DNA of 64,000 nt from a virus: the IMG/VR virus record IMGVR_UViG_3300034071_003115, positions 1 through 64,000 of that record, one strand, 5' to 3'. Of the stretch, positions 1 to 10,018 are shown in pieces; position 1 is the first letter of the stretch, and every line of letters begins with the position of its first letter. The translations under genes were made by a program, and so were the position numbers. Below the pieces are notes generated by a model. The model saw nothing but the letters and a program-made list of their open reading frames with translations. It had not been told where the DNA came from and did not search any database.

Positions 1-520
1 CCCAGGAGACGACCAGACATGCACATCATGCGGAACAACGGGGAAGAGATATACCCGAGAATGTATCTGCTCAGAAACTGGCGGAAATACTAACGCGTGT
101 AACACATGCGGAAATTGCTACGACCCTTGCTTGACGACCCAAGAGGTCTGCACGGATAACTTCAAGTACCGCTATAAGCTGAAGGTTGACCGAATTGCGG
201 CTGGAACACGAACAAACCACTACACCTCTGCCGCACTCTACGACGACACAAGTGCGACGCAGGCATGGCAGGCGATTAACGTTGAGACTACGGGCTCAGA
301 CTATGTGGCCCAGGTCTATAGCGATACCTCGTGGACTACATCTGTGCTATCTTCTGGAACGCAGGCGTCGGGCCAGAGCGACCACCAGACCGCCGTCGGT
401 CACGGGATTGGGGTTGCCCCGCTCGGCACGGCAAACCCAGGCGAAACTGATAGTATTGACACGTTCAATGTTGAGTATGTATCACTGGGCGGAGATAGCG
501 TCGGAATCATTGTCGGATAA
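1..520 (+). CDS. C-terminal part of a Cys-rich, probably virion/tail-associated protein (5' end outside window)
   Basis: The frame of ORF 131..520 is open back to position 2: PGDDQTCTSCGTTGKRYTRECICSETGGNTNACNTCGNCYDPCLTTQEVC..., followed by a beta-rich C-terminus. Confidence 0.65.
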   Translation, partial: PGDDQTCTSCGTTGKRYTRECICSETGGNTNACNTCGNCYDPCLTTQEVCTDNFKYRYKLKVDRIAAGTRTNHYTSAALYDDTSATQAWQAINVETTGSDYVAQVYSDTSWTTSVLSSGTQASGQSDHQTAVGHGIGVAPLGTANPGETDSIDTFNVEYVSLGGDSVGIIVG

Positions 521-540
521 GAAATAAGCAGGGAGGTAAC

Positions 541-1116
541 ATGGGACAATTCATTTCACAGGTCATTCCAAACCCAAAGCCAGAAAAATCAGAATGGGAT
601 AAGGTCTTAGAGGCAAACGCGGAAAAAGGATCTGTCCTCTATTATTTCCTTCTTGATTCCGGCTGCAATTATTGCGAGATGTCCAAGCCATGGGTTGAAG
701 CGCTGGAAAAGAAATACTCGGCTAGGGGATTGACCGTAGTAAGAATATCAACAGCAGAAAGCGGTCATATCACTCAGGCGGCAGGAGTTTCCGGTGTCCC
801 TGTATTTCTATTTTCACACAATGGATCACCATTAAACCGAGTTGTTGGCTGGGGGGAAAAAGCATACATTGACATTGAGGTGCGTCTTGGCCTAACAGAT
901 TTCTTTGATGAAAAGGCCGGGCTTGAGGGATGGGCTGACGAAAACCTTCTTAAGGCGGTCAGGGAAAAGCGTGAAGAAAATGTCGGAACATGCCTAGGGT
1001 GTGACGACAAGAGCAATGCTGGGATTGCCGAACTTGCAGAAGGACTTAGCGCCGAGCTTGCGGAAATAAAGGCTGATCTTGCAGAGATAAAAAAGCTGCT
1101 TGGTGAAAAGTCATGA
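541..1116 (+). CDS. thioredoxin-fold protein with C-terminal coiled coil
   Basis: YYFLLDSGCNYCEMSKP (CxxC), cis-Pro motif GVSGVPVFLF, RBS GGGAGG. Confidence 0.8.
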   Translation: MGQFISQVIPNPKPEKSEWDKVLEANAEKGSVLYYFLLDSGCNYCEMSKPWVEALEKKYSARGLTVVRISTAESGHITQAAGVSGVPVFLFSHNGSPLNRVVGWGEKAYIDIEVRLGLTDFFDEKAGLEGWADENLLKAVREKREENVGTCLGCDDKSNAGIAELAEGLSAELAEIKADLAEIKKLLGEKS

Positions 1117-1940
1117 ACTTTTTTAACCGACTTGCAAGGAAGATAAATAGCGCAAAAGTTATTGTTTTTAGGCCAGAGAACGAAGTGCTTGACGAAACTG
1201 GCTATGTTCCACCGAGACCAGCAAAGCACTACATTCCGGACTGGTACAAGAAGATCCCAGCACTAATAGATAGAAACAACGGCGTTAACCCAAGAACTCA
1301 AGAAAGAGATCACACGGTAAAAGGGTGTGTACCAATTCTTGACGCATTTACGTCTGGATACATTCAGGAGCTTAACATGGATATTGACATTCAGCGAGGT
1401 GGAGAGGGTGATGTTGCCTTTCAATGGCCTCGTCAAAACCCGTGGGAGCCGGTAAGAGCGCCAAGGCACCCGTCCGCGATGAAGGGATTCGTCCACCCAG
1501 ATGGATATGACAACAATCCCTACCTCTGGATACAGCCATTTGAGTTTAATGTCCCAAAAGGCTATTCAATACTTATAACCCACCCATTCAATAGATATGA
1601 CCTGCCATTCCTAACAATGTCTGCAATTATAGACGTTGATGCGTTTCCCCAAAGAGCTGAAATCACGTTCTATTTGAAAAACAACTTTTCTGGCATAATA
1701 GAAAAAGGAACGCCAATATTTCAAGTAATACCATTTAAAAGGGAAAAGTGGGAATCTGAGATCGCAGAATACGACAATGCCTGGCGTACACGGTGGGTCA
1801 ATCTAAGTAGGAATGTTTTTGGTGGCGCATACAAGAAAAACTTTTGGCACAAAAAGGAGTTCAACGAAAAGCCGCAACCGGCAAGGTGCCCGGTAACCGG
1901 CGCTACGGAAAAGCATGGAGAACAAGACAATGTCCGTTAA
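1113..1940 (+). CDS. conserved phage protein (P.PA...IP.W / T.K.C.P..D....GY family; paralog of 3006..3815)
   Basis: Shares PxPA..IPxW, T(V/I)KxCVPxLD, PxGYSxxITxPxN, I.K/M.TPI.Q.IPFKREKW, YKKxFW with 3006..3815. Confidence 0.75.
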   Translation: MNFFNRLARKINSAKVIVFRPENEVLDETGYVPPRPAKHYIPDWYKKIPALIDRNNGVNPRTQERDHTVKGCVPILDAFTSGYIQELNMDIDIQRGGEGDVAFQWPRQNPWEPVRAPRHPSAMKGFVHPDGYDNNPYLWIQPFEFNVPKGYSILITHPFNRYDLPFLTMSAIIDVDAFPQRAEITFYLKNNFSGIIEKGTPIFQVIPFKREKWESEIAEYDNAWRTRWVNLSRNVFGGAYKKNFWHKKEFNEKPQPARCPVTGATEKHGEQDNVR

Positions 1941-2151
1941 GCCGTGGGATATGCTAGACCCAAATGCCGGAAGGGTTCCAACCGATGTGTTTGAAGAAAG
2001 AATAAAAGCCTGCAGTGCATGCGAGCACTTTATCAAGTTAACAAAACAGTGCAAAAAGTGTTTGTGCTTTATGAAGCTCAAGGCGCAGCTGCCAAAAGCA
2101 GAATGCCCAGTGGGCAAGTGGGGTCAGCATGAAGAAGCCAATTTACCATAA
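1915..2151 (+). CDS. small Cys-rich (Zn-binding) protein, DUF6171-like
   Basis: RIKACSACEH...CKKCLCFMKLK...ECPVGKW. Confidence 0.7.
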   Translation: MENKTMSVKPWDMLDPNAGRVPTDVFEERIKACSACEHFIKLTKQCKKCLCFMKLKAQLPKAECPVGKWGQHEEANLP

Positions 2152-3022
2152 TAGGCACAGATTCCTTGCGCTTGACCGTAATTTTGGCGCAAACGGGCGA
2201 TATACCGAAGATATAGAGTGGATTGAAAAAAGAGACTATAACGCAACATCTAGCGAATATATCGCAAATGGTTTTTCTCGCTGGATACAATCCATCGGCA
2301 AAGTTGACAGAATCAGGTTTGACGGAGAAGGCGACGGTCAGTTTTCGCAAGTCGTCTGTGCGGGGCTCGGTATTTCCAACACGGATATACCAGCCGCCTC
2401 TGAATTTAACCCTAGTCTTAGAAAAAGGATTGAGGACAGGGGCGCAATAAAAAAAGAGAACATTATTTGTGACGCCCTGATTCCGCCAGATCCTGGCGGA
2501 ACAATGGTTGTTATTGCAAACCAGCTTCTTGACGCATTCCCCTTTTCCGTCATGCGAAGAAGGACTCGGGGGGTTATCCTTGAGGAGCTTGCTGTTAGCG
2601 AAAAAAACAAGGGTGAATATGTCTATCAAAGACTTGTAAACGCCTCGCTGCATCAGGACGCGGACCTTGTCGCCGACTCCAGAAGCGGACTATTTGCCTA
2701 CTCCCCAGCAAAAATAAATTACGTAAACAATATACTCTCTAGGCGGGGTAAAACATATTTTGCTGTTATTGATTACGGCCATGGGAAGACGCCGGAGGAG
2801 TATCTAAACGATACAAAAGGAATCGCGTACTCCCCGACCTCGCTTCACTGGCTTCTTAAAATGGCAAAAAAATACAATGGTACAATAGCGTACTCGGACC
2901 TGCTGACTACTTGGTCGCACCTTCGGGAATACGACAGGCTCAACGAGCCGACTGGCTGGCAAAATTTAACCATTATTGAGACAAACAACGAAAAGGGGGA
3001 CATAAATGTTTGCAAAACTTAA
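2129..3022 (+). CDS. divergent SAM-dependent methyltransferase, MidA/NDUFAF7-like
   Basis: VVIANQLLDAFP and VIDYG motifs; degenerate motif I (VVCAGLG). Confidence 0.55.
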   Translation: MKKPIYHNRHRFLALDRNFGANGRYTEDIEWIEKRDYNATSSEYIANGFSRWIQSIGKVDRIRFDGEGDGQFSQVVCAGLGISNTDIPAASEFNPSLRKRIEDRGAIKKENIICDALIPPDPGGTMVVIANQLLDAFPFSVMRRRTRGVILEELAVSEKNKGEYVYQRLVNASLHQDADLVADSRSGLFAYSPAKINYVNNILSRRGKTYFAVIDYGHGKTPEEYLNDTKGIAYSPTSLHWLLKMAKKYNGTIAYSDLLTTWSHLREYDRLNEPTGWQNLTIIETNNEKGDINVCKT

Positions 3023-3815
3023 GTCTATCTTTGGCGTTGATTCTGTTTCTGAGAAGAAAATTATTTTCTGGTCTGATGATGTCACTGACTACCCCGCTCC
3101 GGTACCTGCAGCCAGCGCAATACCCGAATGGTGGAAGAAGACAAAATCTTACGGCGGATTCAAAGAATGGGGCAAAGGTGATCAAAAGGAAATAAGCGTT
3201 AATAATGGTGGGGACAACGGGACCATTAAAAGATGCGTTCCGGTACTTGACTCAATGTCAATGGGCTATCTTGCGATTACTCCAGCGGATATGTACGTTG
3301 AGCCAAAGCACGTACACACTACAGAAAATAAAGATGGGCCGACTCAAGACTTCTCAATGGTTTATCCAAGACGCCATGAAAGAATTGACGCCCATCCATG
3401 GGGCCAAGCAAGTAAGCATCCATACGCAACACAGCAACCACTTGCAAAGGTATTTGTCCCTTGGAGGGTTGCTCTGCCTGAGGGTTACTCGCTAATCATT
3501 ACCGAGCCGCTAAATAATCCAAGCCCGCACTGGTCAGTTGTCTCTGGGGTTATGGACTCAGACGTTTTTTTTCCTAAGTTAAATTTTATGATAAGCATGA
3601 AGGAAGAAAAGTTCACAGGCATTATCCCAATGAAAACCCCAATCGCCCAGTTAATACCCTTTAAAAGAGAAAAATGGTCCTCTGTTGTAATTGATGACGC
3701 AGCGAGGTCTGGCGTGCAGGAGGACTCTAGGGAAAAAATAATAAACAGTAGGCTTGCAAAAGTCTTTAGTGCAGCATACAAAAAGTTCTTTTGGTCAAGA
3801 AAAGATTTTAGGTAA
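3006..3815 (+). CDS. conserved phage protein, paralog of 1113..1940
   Basis: PAPVPAASAIPEWWK, TIKRCVPVLDSMSMGY, LPEGYSLIITEPLN, TPIAQLIPFKREKW. Confidence 0.75.
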   Translation: MFAKLKSIFGVDSVSEKKIIFWSDDVTDYPAPVPAASAIPEWWKKTKSYGGFKEWGKGDQKEISVNNGGDNGTIKRCVPVLDSMSMGYLAITPADMYVEPKHVHTTENKDGPTQDFSMVYPRRHERIDAHPWGQASKHPYATQQPLAKVFVPWRVALPEGYSLIITEPLNNPSPHWSVVSGVMDSDVFFPKLNFMISMKEEKFTGIIPMKTPIAQLIPFKREKWSSVVIDDAARSGVQEDSREKIINSRLAKVFSAAYKKFFWSRKDFR

Positions 3816-3824
3816 GGATTTGCC

Positions 3825-4406
3825 GTGGGACACAGAATAAAAGTTATTGATAATTTCGTTGATCAAGAAGACGCTGACAAAATTATCGGCATGATTGAAT
3901 CTGACTATCGCCGCGGCGATCTCGAGGCTTTCAAAGACAACCCAATGGTTGGCGTTATTTCAAATGAAAATCTTGAATCTGAAGCACTAATTAAAAAGTA
4001 TTCAGATAAACTGACCAGGTTACACCAAGAGGAGTTCGGGATTGCAGTAAATCTTTACACCGTCCAGGCCCACAACTGTCTTTGGGAACTGCGCTCGGAA
4101 GCAGGCCTGCATGTTGATTCTCATAAAAAGTCAGAACACATCATCACGAGTAGTATTCTATACCTTGGCGGAACATTTATTGGGGGAGACATTGAGTTTC
4201 CTCAGCAAAAATTTACATACTCTCCAAAAGCGTTGTCTGCCTTAATATACCCCAGTGGCGGGCTAGAGTACCCGCATAGAATGACAATGATTAGTCGCGG
4301 GTCCATGTACACGATGTCGCTGTGGCATTCTCACCTAGAGGAATTTTCCCTTAAAGAAAAATATCTGAATAGCGGACGTGCGGACCTGTATTCAATATGG
4401 AAATAA
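3825..4406 (+). CDS. 2OG-Fe(II) oxygenase (prolyl-4-hydroxylase-like)
   Basis: I.VIDNF, HVD iron motif, SILYL..GGDIEF, distal H in EYPHR. Confidence 0.8.
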   Translation: MGHRIKVIDNFVDQEDADKIIGMIESDYRRGDLEAFKDNPMVGVISNENLESEALIKKYSDKLTRLHQEEFGIAVNLYTVQAHNCLWELRSEAGLHVDSHKKSEHIITSSILYLGGTFIGGDIEFPQQKFTYSPKALSALIYPSGGLEYPHRMTMISRGSMYTMSLWHSHLEEFSLKEKYLNSGRADLYSIWK

Positions 4407-5557
4407 AAACCGAACTAGAAAAAACAATATTCGTTGCTATTGCCTGTGTTGGCAATGACACCGAGCTCGTGAGGACGGTGTCAAGCTGTATTAACAATGC
4501 AAGTAATGGGTCAAGAGTCCATGTTGGGATTAACCTTGTTTACGGAATAAAGATGGACGAAGACGACATGTACATATATCACCTTGAGGAGGCGCTTTCT
4601 CAATTTGAAAACGCTAGATACTGCGTAAACTACATTTCGGACCCTCCGAGCATCGGCAAGGACAGGAATAACGCGTCTCGGCTATATCGGGGCGAGGATT
4701 ATTTTTTGCAGGTTGACGCTCATTGTTTTTTTATGCCAAACTGGGATACGGAGCTAATAGATGCTTTGGGCTCCGCAATAAAACTAGTTAACAACAAAAA
4801 AACCGTACTTACCGCAACTCTTCCAAAATATGAACTAAATGAAAACTCTATCACCGACAATGTTGAGCCAGAGCGCATTTGCTTTGGCTATAGTTATTGG
4901 ACGGGAGAGTTTAAGGAGCTAAGCCAAGAAGAGAAAGAAATTGTACCAAGTTGGGCACACACGAGCCCAGAGATGCATTCTTTTAGGCTGGCAAGAATGG
5001 TGCAGAAGACGGGGTTTTCCCCTGCCGTAAAGGTTACAGGGGCATTCATGTTTGGGAACAAACACTTTGCGGAAAAAGCGTCGCTCCCAGAACATATCGT
5101 ATTTTGGGAGGAGGAGATTGTGCAGTCTATTGAGCTGGTATCCCTTGGCTTTACGTTGGTTTACCCGTACATCCTTGCAAATATTTATCACTATTATCAG
5201 ATTGATGAGACAAACACTGGGCGAGGGTTTCGGTCTGGGTTGGGAAATCTCATAATGTCCTCCGCGTTTCATGCCGGTTACACCTTATCGGGGGAGGAGG
5301 ATGAGGAGACACTAAGAAATCCAGAAAAATGGCCAGAGTTAGATTCTGATCAAATAGAAAAAGCTGCAGTTGCCTGGAGGGCCGCCATAACCTCATCTTT
5401 TGAGTCTTATCTCAATAATCCAGAAAACCAAGCCAAGATCTCTGCCTTTTCAAAGTATAGTGGTGTAAGCTTTAAGACAGGTAAAACCGCATTTGACTTT
5501 CCGGAGATATATGCCAACATCGGTGCATTAGCAGTAGGGGAGAAGGAAAATGTCTGA
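4397..5557 (+). CDS. glycosyltransferase, [Skp1]-hydroxyproline GlcNAc-transferase-like
   Basis: TIFVAIAC..DTELVRTV, YRGEDYFLQVDAHCFFMPNWDTELI, FWEEEI, IYHYY. Confidence 0.75.
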   Translation: MEIKTELEKTIFVAIACVGNDTELVRTVSSCINNASNGSRVHVGINLVYGIKMDEDDMYIYHLEEALSQFENARYCVNYISDPPSIGKDRNNASRLYRGEDYFLQVDAHCFFMPNWDTELIDALGSAIKLVNNKKTVLTATLPKYELNENSITDNVEPERICFGYSYWTGEFKELSQEEKEIVPSWAHTSPEMHSFRLARMVQKTGFSPAVKVTGAFMFGNKHFAEKASLPEHIVFWEEEIVQSIELVSLGFTLVYPYILANIYHYYQIDETNTGRGFRSGLGNLIMSSAFHAGYTLSGEEDEETLRNPEKWPELDSDQIEKAAVAWRAAITSSFESYLNNPENQAKISAFSKYSGVSFKTGKTAFDFPEIYANIGALAVGEKENV

Positions 5558-5711
5558 TAACATTCAGATCACAGTAGAAGATCTGCTTAGGAAGATCGGG
5601 GCGATGGCCGTACAGGGCGACATCTATCAGTCGCAGATCGCTGCGCTGCAGGCAAAGATTGCCGAGATTGAGGCGGAGCTCGCTAAGTTTAAAGATCAAG
5701 AAAAGAAATAA
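5550..5711 (+). CDS. 53-aa coiled-coil protein (not in ORF track)
   Basis: RBS GGAGAAGGA; MSDNIQITVEDLLRKIG...AELAKFKDQEKK; overlaps both neighbours. Confidence 0.7.
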   Translation: MSDNIQITVEDLLRKIGAMAVQGDIYQSQIAALQAKIAEIEAELAKFKDQEKK

Positions 5712-5881
5712 TGCCAGTCTACGAGTACTTTTGCGACAAATGCGAAAAAAAAGTAGAAATTATGCACGCAATGTCCGACGAAAGCAAGAAAATACATAAA
5801 GAGTGCGGAAGAGAACTGAATAAAGTTTTTTCTGCGTCAAACATTTTTTATAAGGGCGACGGCTGGGCGCGTAGAGGCTAA
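5711..5881 (+). CDS. FmdB-family zinc-ribbon protein (56 aa, not in ORF track)
   Basis: MPVYEYFCDKC...HKECG..LNKVFS...FYKGDGW. Confidence 0.85.
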   Translation: MPVYEYFCDKCEKKVEIMHAMSDESKKIHKECGRELNKVFSASNIFYKGDGWARRG

Positions 5882-5954
5882 ATGACTTGCGCTTGAAGTA
5901 GGCGCATAATATAGTGCAACACATCAATGCATCCACACAACATGAGGTGCCGAT

Positions 5955-6140
5955 GTGACTGCGAATAATGTCCAGCAAATCCTTGACCGCCTCGACAAGA
6001 TCGAGGAGGAGCTTTCTGCCATGCGCGTAGAAATGGCAGAAACGCGTGGCGCGTATCGACTTGCCAAATTTGTTATTGGCATTCTTGGCCTTACTGGCGT
6101 CAGTGGGATTGTAGCCTGGCTCTCCGGACAGGGAAAATGA
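5955..6140 (+). CDS. small membrane protein (coiled coil plus C-terminal TM)
   Basis: RBS GAGG; [12 protein letters not shown]...[18 protein letters not shown]. Confidence 0.65.
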   Translation: MTANNVQQILDRLDKIEEELSAMRVEMAETRGAYRLAKFVIGILGLTGVSGIVAWLSGQGK

Positions 6141-7396
6141 CCCAGAAGCAGTTTGTAGCTGCTGCAATCATCTGGCTGATTGTAAGCGCTTTATTCTTTG
6201 GATACGTCACATCTCCTGTTTATGCCCTTGACGATACCGATCAATGGGATCAGCAGGTAGACGCAAACGGAACCATAATCCTTACCGACGGAACGATTGT
6301 CATTGATGGTAGTAATAACGTGCTGCCGGGCCAGCCGTGGGTAAACACCGTGACTGGAATCACAACGAACTCATCCCTCGGCGAGACGGTGTCTTTCTCT
6401 TGGTCTTTTATCACAACCGACAATGCGTACTTTGACCGCCCGCAGGTTTTGCTTGCAGATATTTGGACCGATCTTGCCAACAATACGAAAAGCGCCAGCG
6501 GGACCGTTGAGGTCTACGTGACGGCTGGCGGGGCCTTTGGGTTCCGTGTTCTTTCACTTGATTCATGCTGTGGCGTTGGCACGCTGACAATCACAAACAC
6601 ATCTTGGGTCGTTGGTCCGCCATCAAGCCCAGAGCCAACCCCAACCCCGGAGCCAACCCCAGAGCCAACTCCTGAGCCAACCCCTGAACCAACCCCAGAA
6701 CCAACTCCAGAGCCCACGCCAGAGCCCACGCCAGAGCCCACGCCAGAGCCAACCCCTTCTCCTACCCCAGAACCGCCATCACCAAGCCCTAGCGTGCCTC
6801 CTACCCCCACGCCAGAGCCTTCTGTAGAGCCATCTCCGACCCCATTGCCAACACCAAACCCAACGCCAAGCCCAAATCCAACAGAGCCGCCACCATACCC
6901 GGTCGCGTCTCCAAGCCCAGAGCCGACTGTAGAGCCGACTCCAAGCCCAGAGGTGACAAATGAACCAACACCAGACCCGACTTCCGAGCCCGAGCCGACG
7001 CCCGAAGGAACCGTGGAGCCAAGTGCTTCGCCGGAACCTGCCCCTTCTGTTGATCCCACTCCTGTTCCTTCTCCTGAGCCGTCACAGCCCGCTTTGCCAG
7101 GTGTAGAGGAAATTGGCGCAGCGGTGGAGGCTGTTAGCGAAGCGGTTGGAGAAGTGGCCGCAGCCGTTGGCGAAGTGTTTGATGCAACCGTTGGTCAGGC
7201 CGCAGAGGCAATTGGCGAAGCGGTTGGCGAGGCGCTTGCGCCGGTAGCAAATCTTGGAAAGGATATTTCGGAAACGGAGCGAAAAGAGGCTGCTCCGACA
7301 ATTATTGCTGCGGTGGTTATCACCCAGGTAGCGCAGTCAGCCGTGGCGGCTGCTGCTACTGCTGCAAATCGACCACGGGGGAGAATCGGTAAATGA
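6137..7396 (+). CDS. secreted/membrane protein with PEPT-rich stalk
   Basis: N-terminal signal/TM, beta domain, long (PEPT)n/PSP tract, Ala/Glu-rich C-terminus. Confidence 0.8.
   Translation: MTQKQFVAAAIIWLIVSALFFGYVTSPVYALDDTDQWDQQVDANGTIILTDGTIVIDGSNNVLPGQPWVNTVTGITTNSSLGETVSFSWSFITTDNAYFDRPQVLLADIWTDLANNTKSASGTVEVYVTAGGAFGFRVLSLDSCCGVGTLTITNTSWVVGPPSSPEPTPTPEPTPEPTPEPTPEPTPEPTPEPTPEPTPEPTPEPTPSPTPEPPSPSPSVPPTPTPEPSVEPSPTPLPTPNPTPSPNPTEPPPYPVASPSPEPTVEPTPSPEVTNEPTPDPTSEPEPTPEGTVEPSASPEPAPSVDPTPVPSPEPSQPALPGVEEIGAAVEAVSEAVGEVAAAVGEVFDATVGQAAEAIGEAVGEALAPVANLGKDISETERKEAAPTIIAAVVITQVAQSAVAAAATAANRPRGRIGK
6625..7090 (+). repeat. 12-bp-period coding repeat (CCAGAGCCAACC-like, PEPT)
   Basis: Tandem ccagagccaacc / ccagagcccacg units. 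Confidence 0.9.
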
Positions 7397-7593
7397 TTGA
7401 CTTTATAAAGAAGCACAAGGACACGCTAATTTCAGCTGCAAACGATATCATTAGCCAGTCGTGGACTATTTTTGGCCTTCTTATTGGCTGGATTGTCCTT
7501 CCGGATGGTGAGACCAGAAACTTTGTTGGCAATGTCCTTGGTTGGTTGACACTTATTTGGTTTGTCACCATCCCGCTTCGGCTTCGCGGATAG
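7393..7593 (+). CDS. small 2-TM membrane protein
   Basis: Two hydrophobic segments; overlaps previous stop. Confidence 0.65.
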   Translation: MIDFIKKHKDTLISAANDIISQSWTIFGLLIGWIVLPDGETRNFVGNVLGWLTLIWFVTIPLRLRG

Positions 7594-7641
7594 CTCGCCC
7601 CGTAGAACATAAATACTTGACCATGGTGATATGATGTCACC

Positions 7642-8094
7642 ATGGATGAAGTTACTAAGCGTGGAAGACCAAAGACCGATCCGTATGTTCGGTTTCTTCG
7701 CTATGTTCAAAAAGTAGAATCGGGCTGCTGGGAGTGGACTGGCGCTCTTGACCCGTCTGGGTATGGTGCCTTCAAGGACGACAAGGGCCGAAAGATCAAC
7801 GCCCATAAGTGGCATCATGAGTCCCAGCGCGGAGAGGTCCCAAAGGGTCTTCAGATCGACCACTTGTGCAGAAATAGAAAATGTGTCAACTTGGAACACC
7901 TTGAGGTTGTTACCCCAAGGATGAACACCCGCCGCGGCGATGCTGGAAAACTACGCAATACTCACTGCAAGCACGGACACGAGTATTCCTGGGAGAACAC
8001 TTACTGGAGAAAGAACGGCGACCGAGAGTGCCGAACTTGCAAGTACTACGGCGGCAGGATGGACCCAGTGGTAAATTTGACACCTCAGGGATGA
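7642..8094 (+). CDS. free-standing HNH homing endonuclease
   Basis: GCWEWTG..GYG, AH, IDHLCRNRKCVNLEHLEVVT..N, THCKHGHEY...RECRTC. Confidence 0.9.
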   Translation: MDEVTKRGRPKTDPYVRFLRYVQKVESGCWEWTGALDPSGYGAFKDDKGRKINAHKWHHESQRGEVPKGLQIDHLCRNRKCVNLEHLEVVTPRMNTRRGDAGKLRNTHCKHGHEYSWENTYWRKNGDRECRTCKYYGGRMDPVVNLTPQG

Positions 8095-8125
8095 TTGGCT
8101 AGGCTCCTTACAGAAAGGAGTCCAA

Positions 8126-8575
8126 ATGAAGGACACAACATTCTGGAGACGGTTGGCGGTAGATGGTCCAACCAGGGAATTCCAACTAAAGCTTGAGGGT
8201 GAGTCAAAAGACTTGAACCTTAAGGAATTTACTGAGAAGTGGTCAAAAATTCTTGGGTATAGCGAGTCGTCGATTGCCCACTGGACCGCCGGAACAAGAA
8301 CAATCCCAGAGAAGGCGATCCAGGCCGCTGGGATTGAAACGGTTGGCATTGAAAAGAAGAGCACCCTTGCGGCGGCAGAGGGACCTGCCGCAATAGGGAT
8401 GAAGGAACGCCAAAAGGTTATCAACAAAATGTGTGCTGGATGTGCTCTTGGAGACCGATTCTGCAGGATTAGTGACTGCCCATTGCGACCGTTTAGCCCG
8501 CTTCCGTTGCATCCAAAATCAATCACAATGGGGTGGGACGAATCCGAGCACAATCACGATGAGGAAACAGCGTAG
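8126..8575 (+). CDS. putative HTH regulator with C-terminal Cys cluster
   Basis: WSKILGYSESSIAHWTAGTRTIP (Cro/C1-like), CAGC...C...CPLRPF. Confidence 0.55.
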   Translation: MKDTTFWRRLAVDGPTREFQLKLEGESKDLNLKEFTEKWSKILGYSESSIAHWTAGTRTIPEKAIQAAGIETVGIEKKSTLAAAEGPAAIGMKERQKVINKMCAGCALGDRFCRISDCPLRPFSPLPLHPKSITMGWDESEHNHDEETA

Positions 8576-8622
8576 AACGAACCCCCCTTGTACCTTCTGT
8601 CAGATAGCGTACTATCCTCTTT

Positions 8623-9018
8623 GTGAACGGAATCTACGAAACGCTGTTTAGCAAGCTTGGTGGCGACGCAACTTTGCAGTCGCTGCTCGGCGGCACCAGC
8701 GGCGATAAGAAGATTTACCCGATCACCGCAACAGTTCGAACTGCCTTGCCAGCCGTGAAGATCTCGGTGGAAGGCGGGGAAACCGAAGTCGGCTTTAGTA
8801 TCAATAAGCCGAGCGTAGAGGTAATGGTGGTTTCGACTGCCGGAGCCACTGAGCTTGGCCAGATATCAAACCGAATCGATACCCTGCTAAACATTCAGAG
8901 CTTTGCCGGATCGGGGATTAAGGTCCATCTCGTTAAGAAAGTTGCCGAGCGAGATGAGTATGATGAGGCGACATTGGAGTATCGAAGGCGCCTTCGGTAC
9001 AACATGATAGTTAGATGA
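8623..9018 (+). CDS. tail terminator/completion protein
   Basis: Size, position before tail tube, L..DATL..L...IYP, C-terminal YRRRLRY. Confidence 0.7.
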   Translation: MNGIYETLFSKLGGDATLQSLLGGTSGDKKIYPITATVRTALPAVKISVEGGETEVGFSINKPSVEVMVVSTAGATELGQISNRIDTLLNIQSFAGSGIKVHLVKKVAERDEYDEATLEYRRRLRYNMIVR

Positions 9019-9031
9019 GGAGTAACGCAGC

Positions 9032-9583
9032 ATGCTGACACTAGGATCAGGCACACTTTCGGTTGCGCCTTGGGTTTCCGGGGCCAATCCCGCGGACCTT
9101 CCCACGACCTACACGACGCTCTACACCATCGGCGAAGTCGGTGGCGATGTTGAGTTCCGCGTGGAGTTCCAGGAAGCAGAGTTCCGCGGCCAGTCGAATT
9201 TCGTGATTGCACGTGGCTACTACGGTGGCAACGTCACGGCGTCGGCTCGTTCGGTTGAGATTAACTTTGAGAATCTTGCTCGGTTCTTCACCGCAGCCAA
9301 GACGACGCTTTCAACCGGCACGAACGGCATCACCGGCACTCACAACGTCTTTACGACGGAATACGACGACAAGCCATCAGCGATGTATGTGAAGTTCACC
9401 CACACGCGAACCGATGACCCAAACAAGAAGGTGATTGTTCACCTCTTCAAGGCGTTCTCGACCGCTCTGAACTTCCCATTCATGCGTGAGGCCATTTCAA
9501 CGATGGACATTGACTTCAATGCCATTGTTGACACGACCCTCACCGCTGGCGATCAGATCATCCGCGTGGAGATCGAGAGCTAA
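9032..9583 (+). CDS. major tail tube protein
   Basis: Position, GEVGGDVEF motif, strong RBS, followed by terminator and chaperones. Confidence 0.75.
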   Translation: MLTLGSGTLSVAPWVSGANPADLPTTYTTLYTIGEVGGDVEFRVEFQEAEFRGQSNFVIARGYYGGNVTASARSVEINFENLARFFTAAKTTLSTGTNGITGTHNVFTTEYDDKPSAMYVKFTHTRTDDPNKKVIVHLFKAFSTALNFPFMREAISTMDIDFNAIVDTTLTAGDQIIRVEIES

Positions 9584-9606
9584 TCCGCCTTCTTTAGGCG
9601 TAATAG

Positions 9607-9640
9607 AACCCCTGGGGCTTGCCCCCAGGGGTTTTATGTT
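9607..9640 (+). terminator. intrinsic terminator
   Basis: AACCCCTGGGG-CTTGC-CCCCAGGGGTT followed by T-rich tail. Confidence 0.85.
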
Positions 9641-9718
9641 TTATAAATATCTATAGCGCTGGTTGCGCTATGATATCCACGCGGCGACTTGCCGTGATTG
9701 GAAAGATAGGAGAGAACA

Positions 9719-10018
9719 GTGGCAAACCTAGTAGAAATAAGCCCAAAGAAGGCACTTAGCCTTAACGACCTGGCGGATCTCGAAGAGAGATACGGGGCAA
9801 TTGACCAGATCGACTTTAACAAGTTTACCGTTCTCCGCTACGTCCTTTGGTTGGCGATTCGAAAGAATGAGCCAGAAGTTGATGAGCGAGAAGTCGGCGA
9901 ACGATTTGACATCAGAAGCATGCAGGAGACCGTGACCAAGGTTCTCCGCGACAGCGGACTTCTCCCAGAAGAGCCCACCGATGGTGAGCAAGTGGGAAAA
10001 GCACCAAGTCGGGCGTAG
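9719..10018 (+). CDS. tail assembly chaperone (gpG-like)
   Basis: Between tube and tape measure; ends with slippery G GGA AAA at 9994-10000. Confidence 0.85.
   Translation: MANLVEISPKKALSLNDLADLEERYGAIDQIDFNKFTVLRYVLWLAIRKNEPEVDEREVGERFDIRSMQETVTKVLRDSGLLPEEPTDGEQVGKAPSRA

Noticed and set aside
6514-7059. Minus-strand (GVGS)n ORF
   Set aside because: Antisense shadow of the PEPT repeat.
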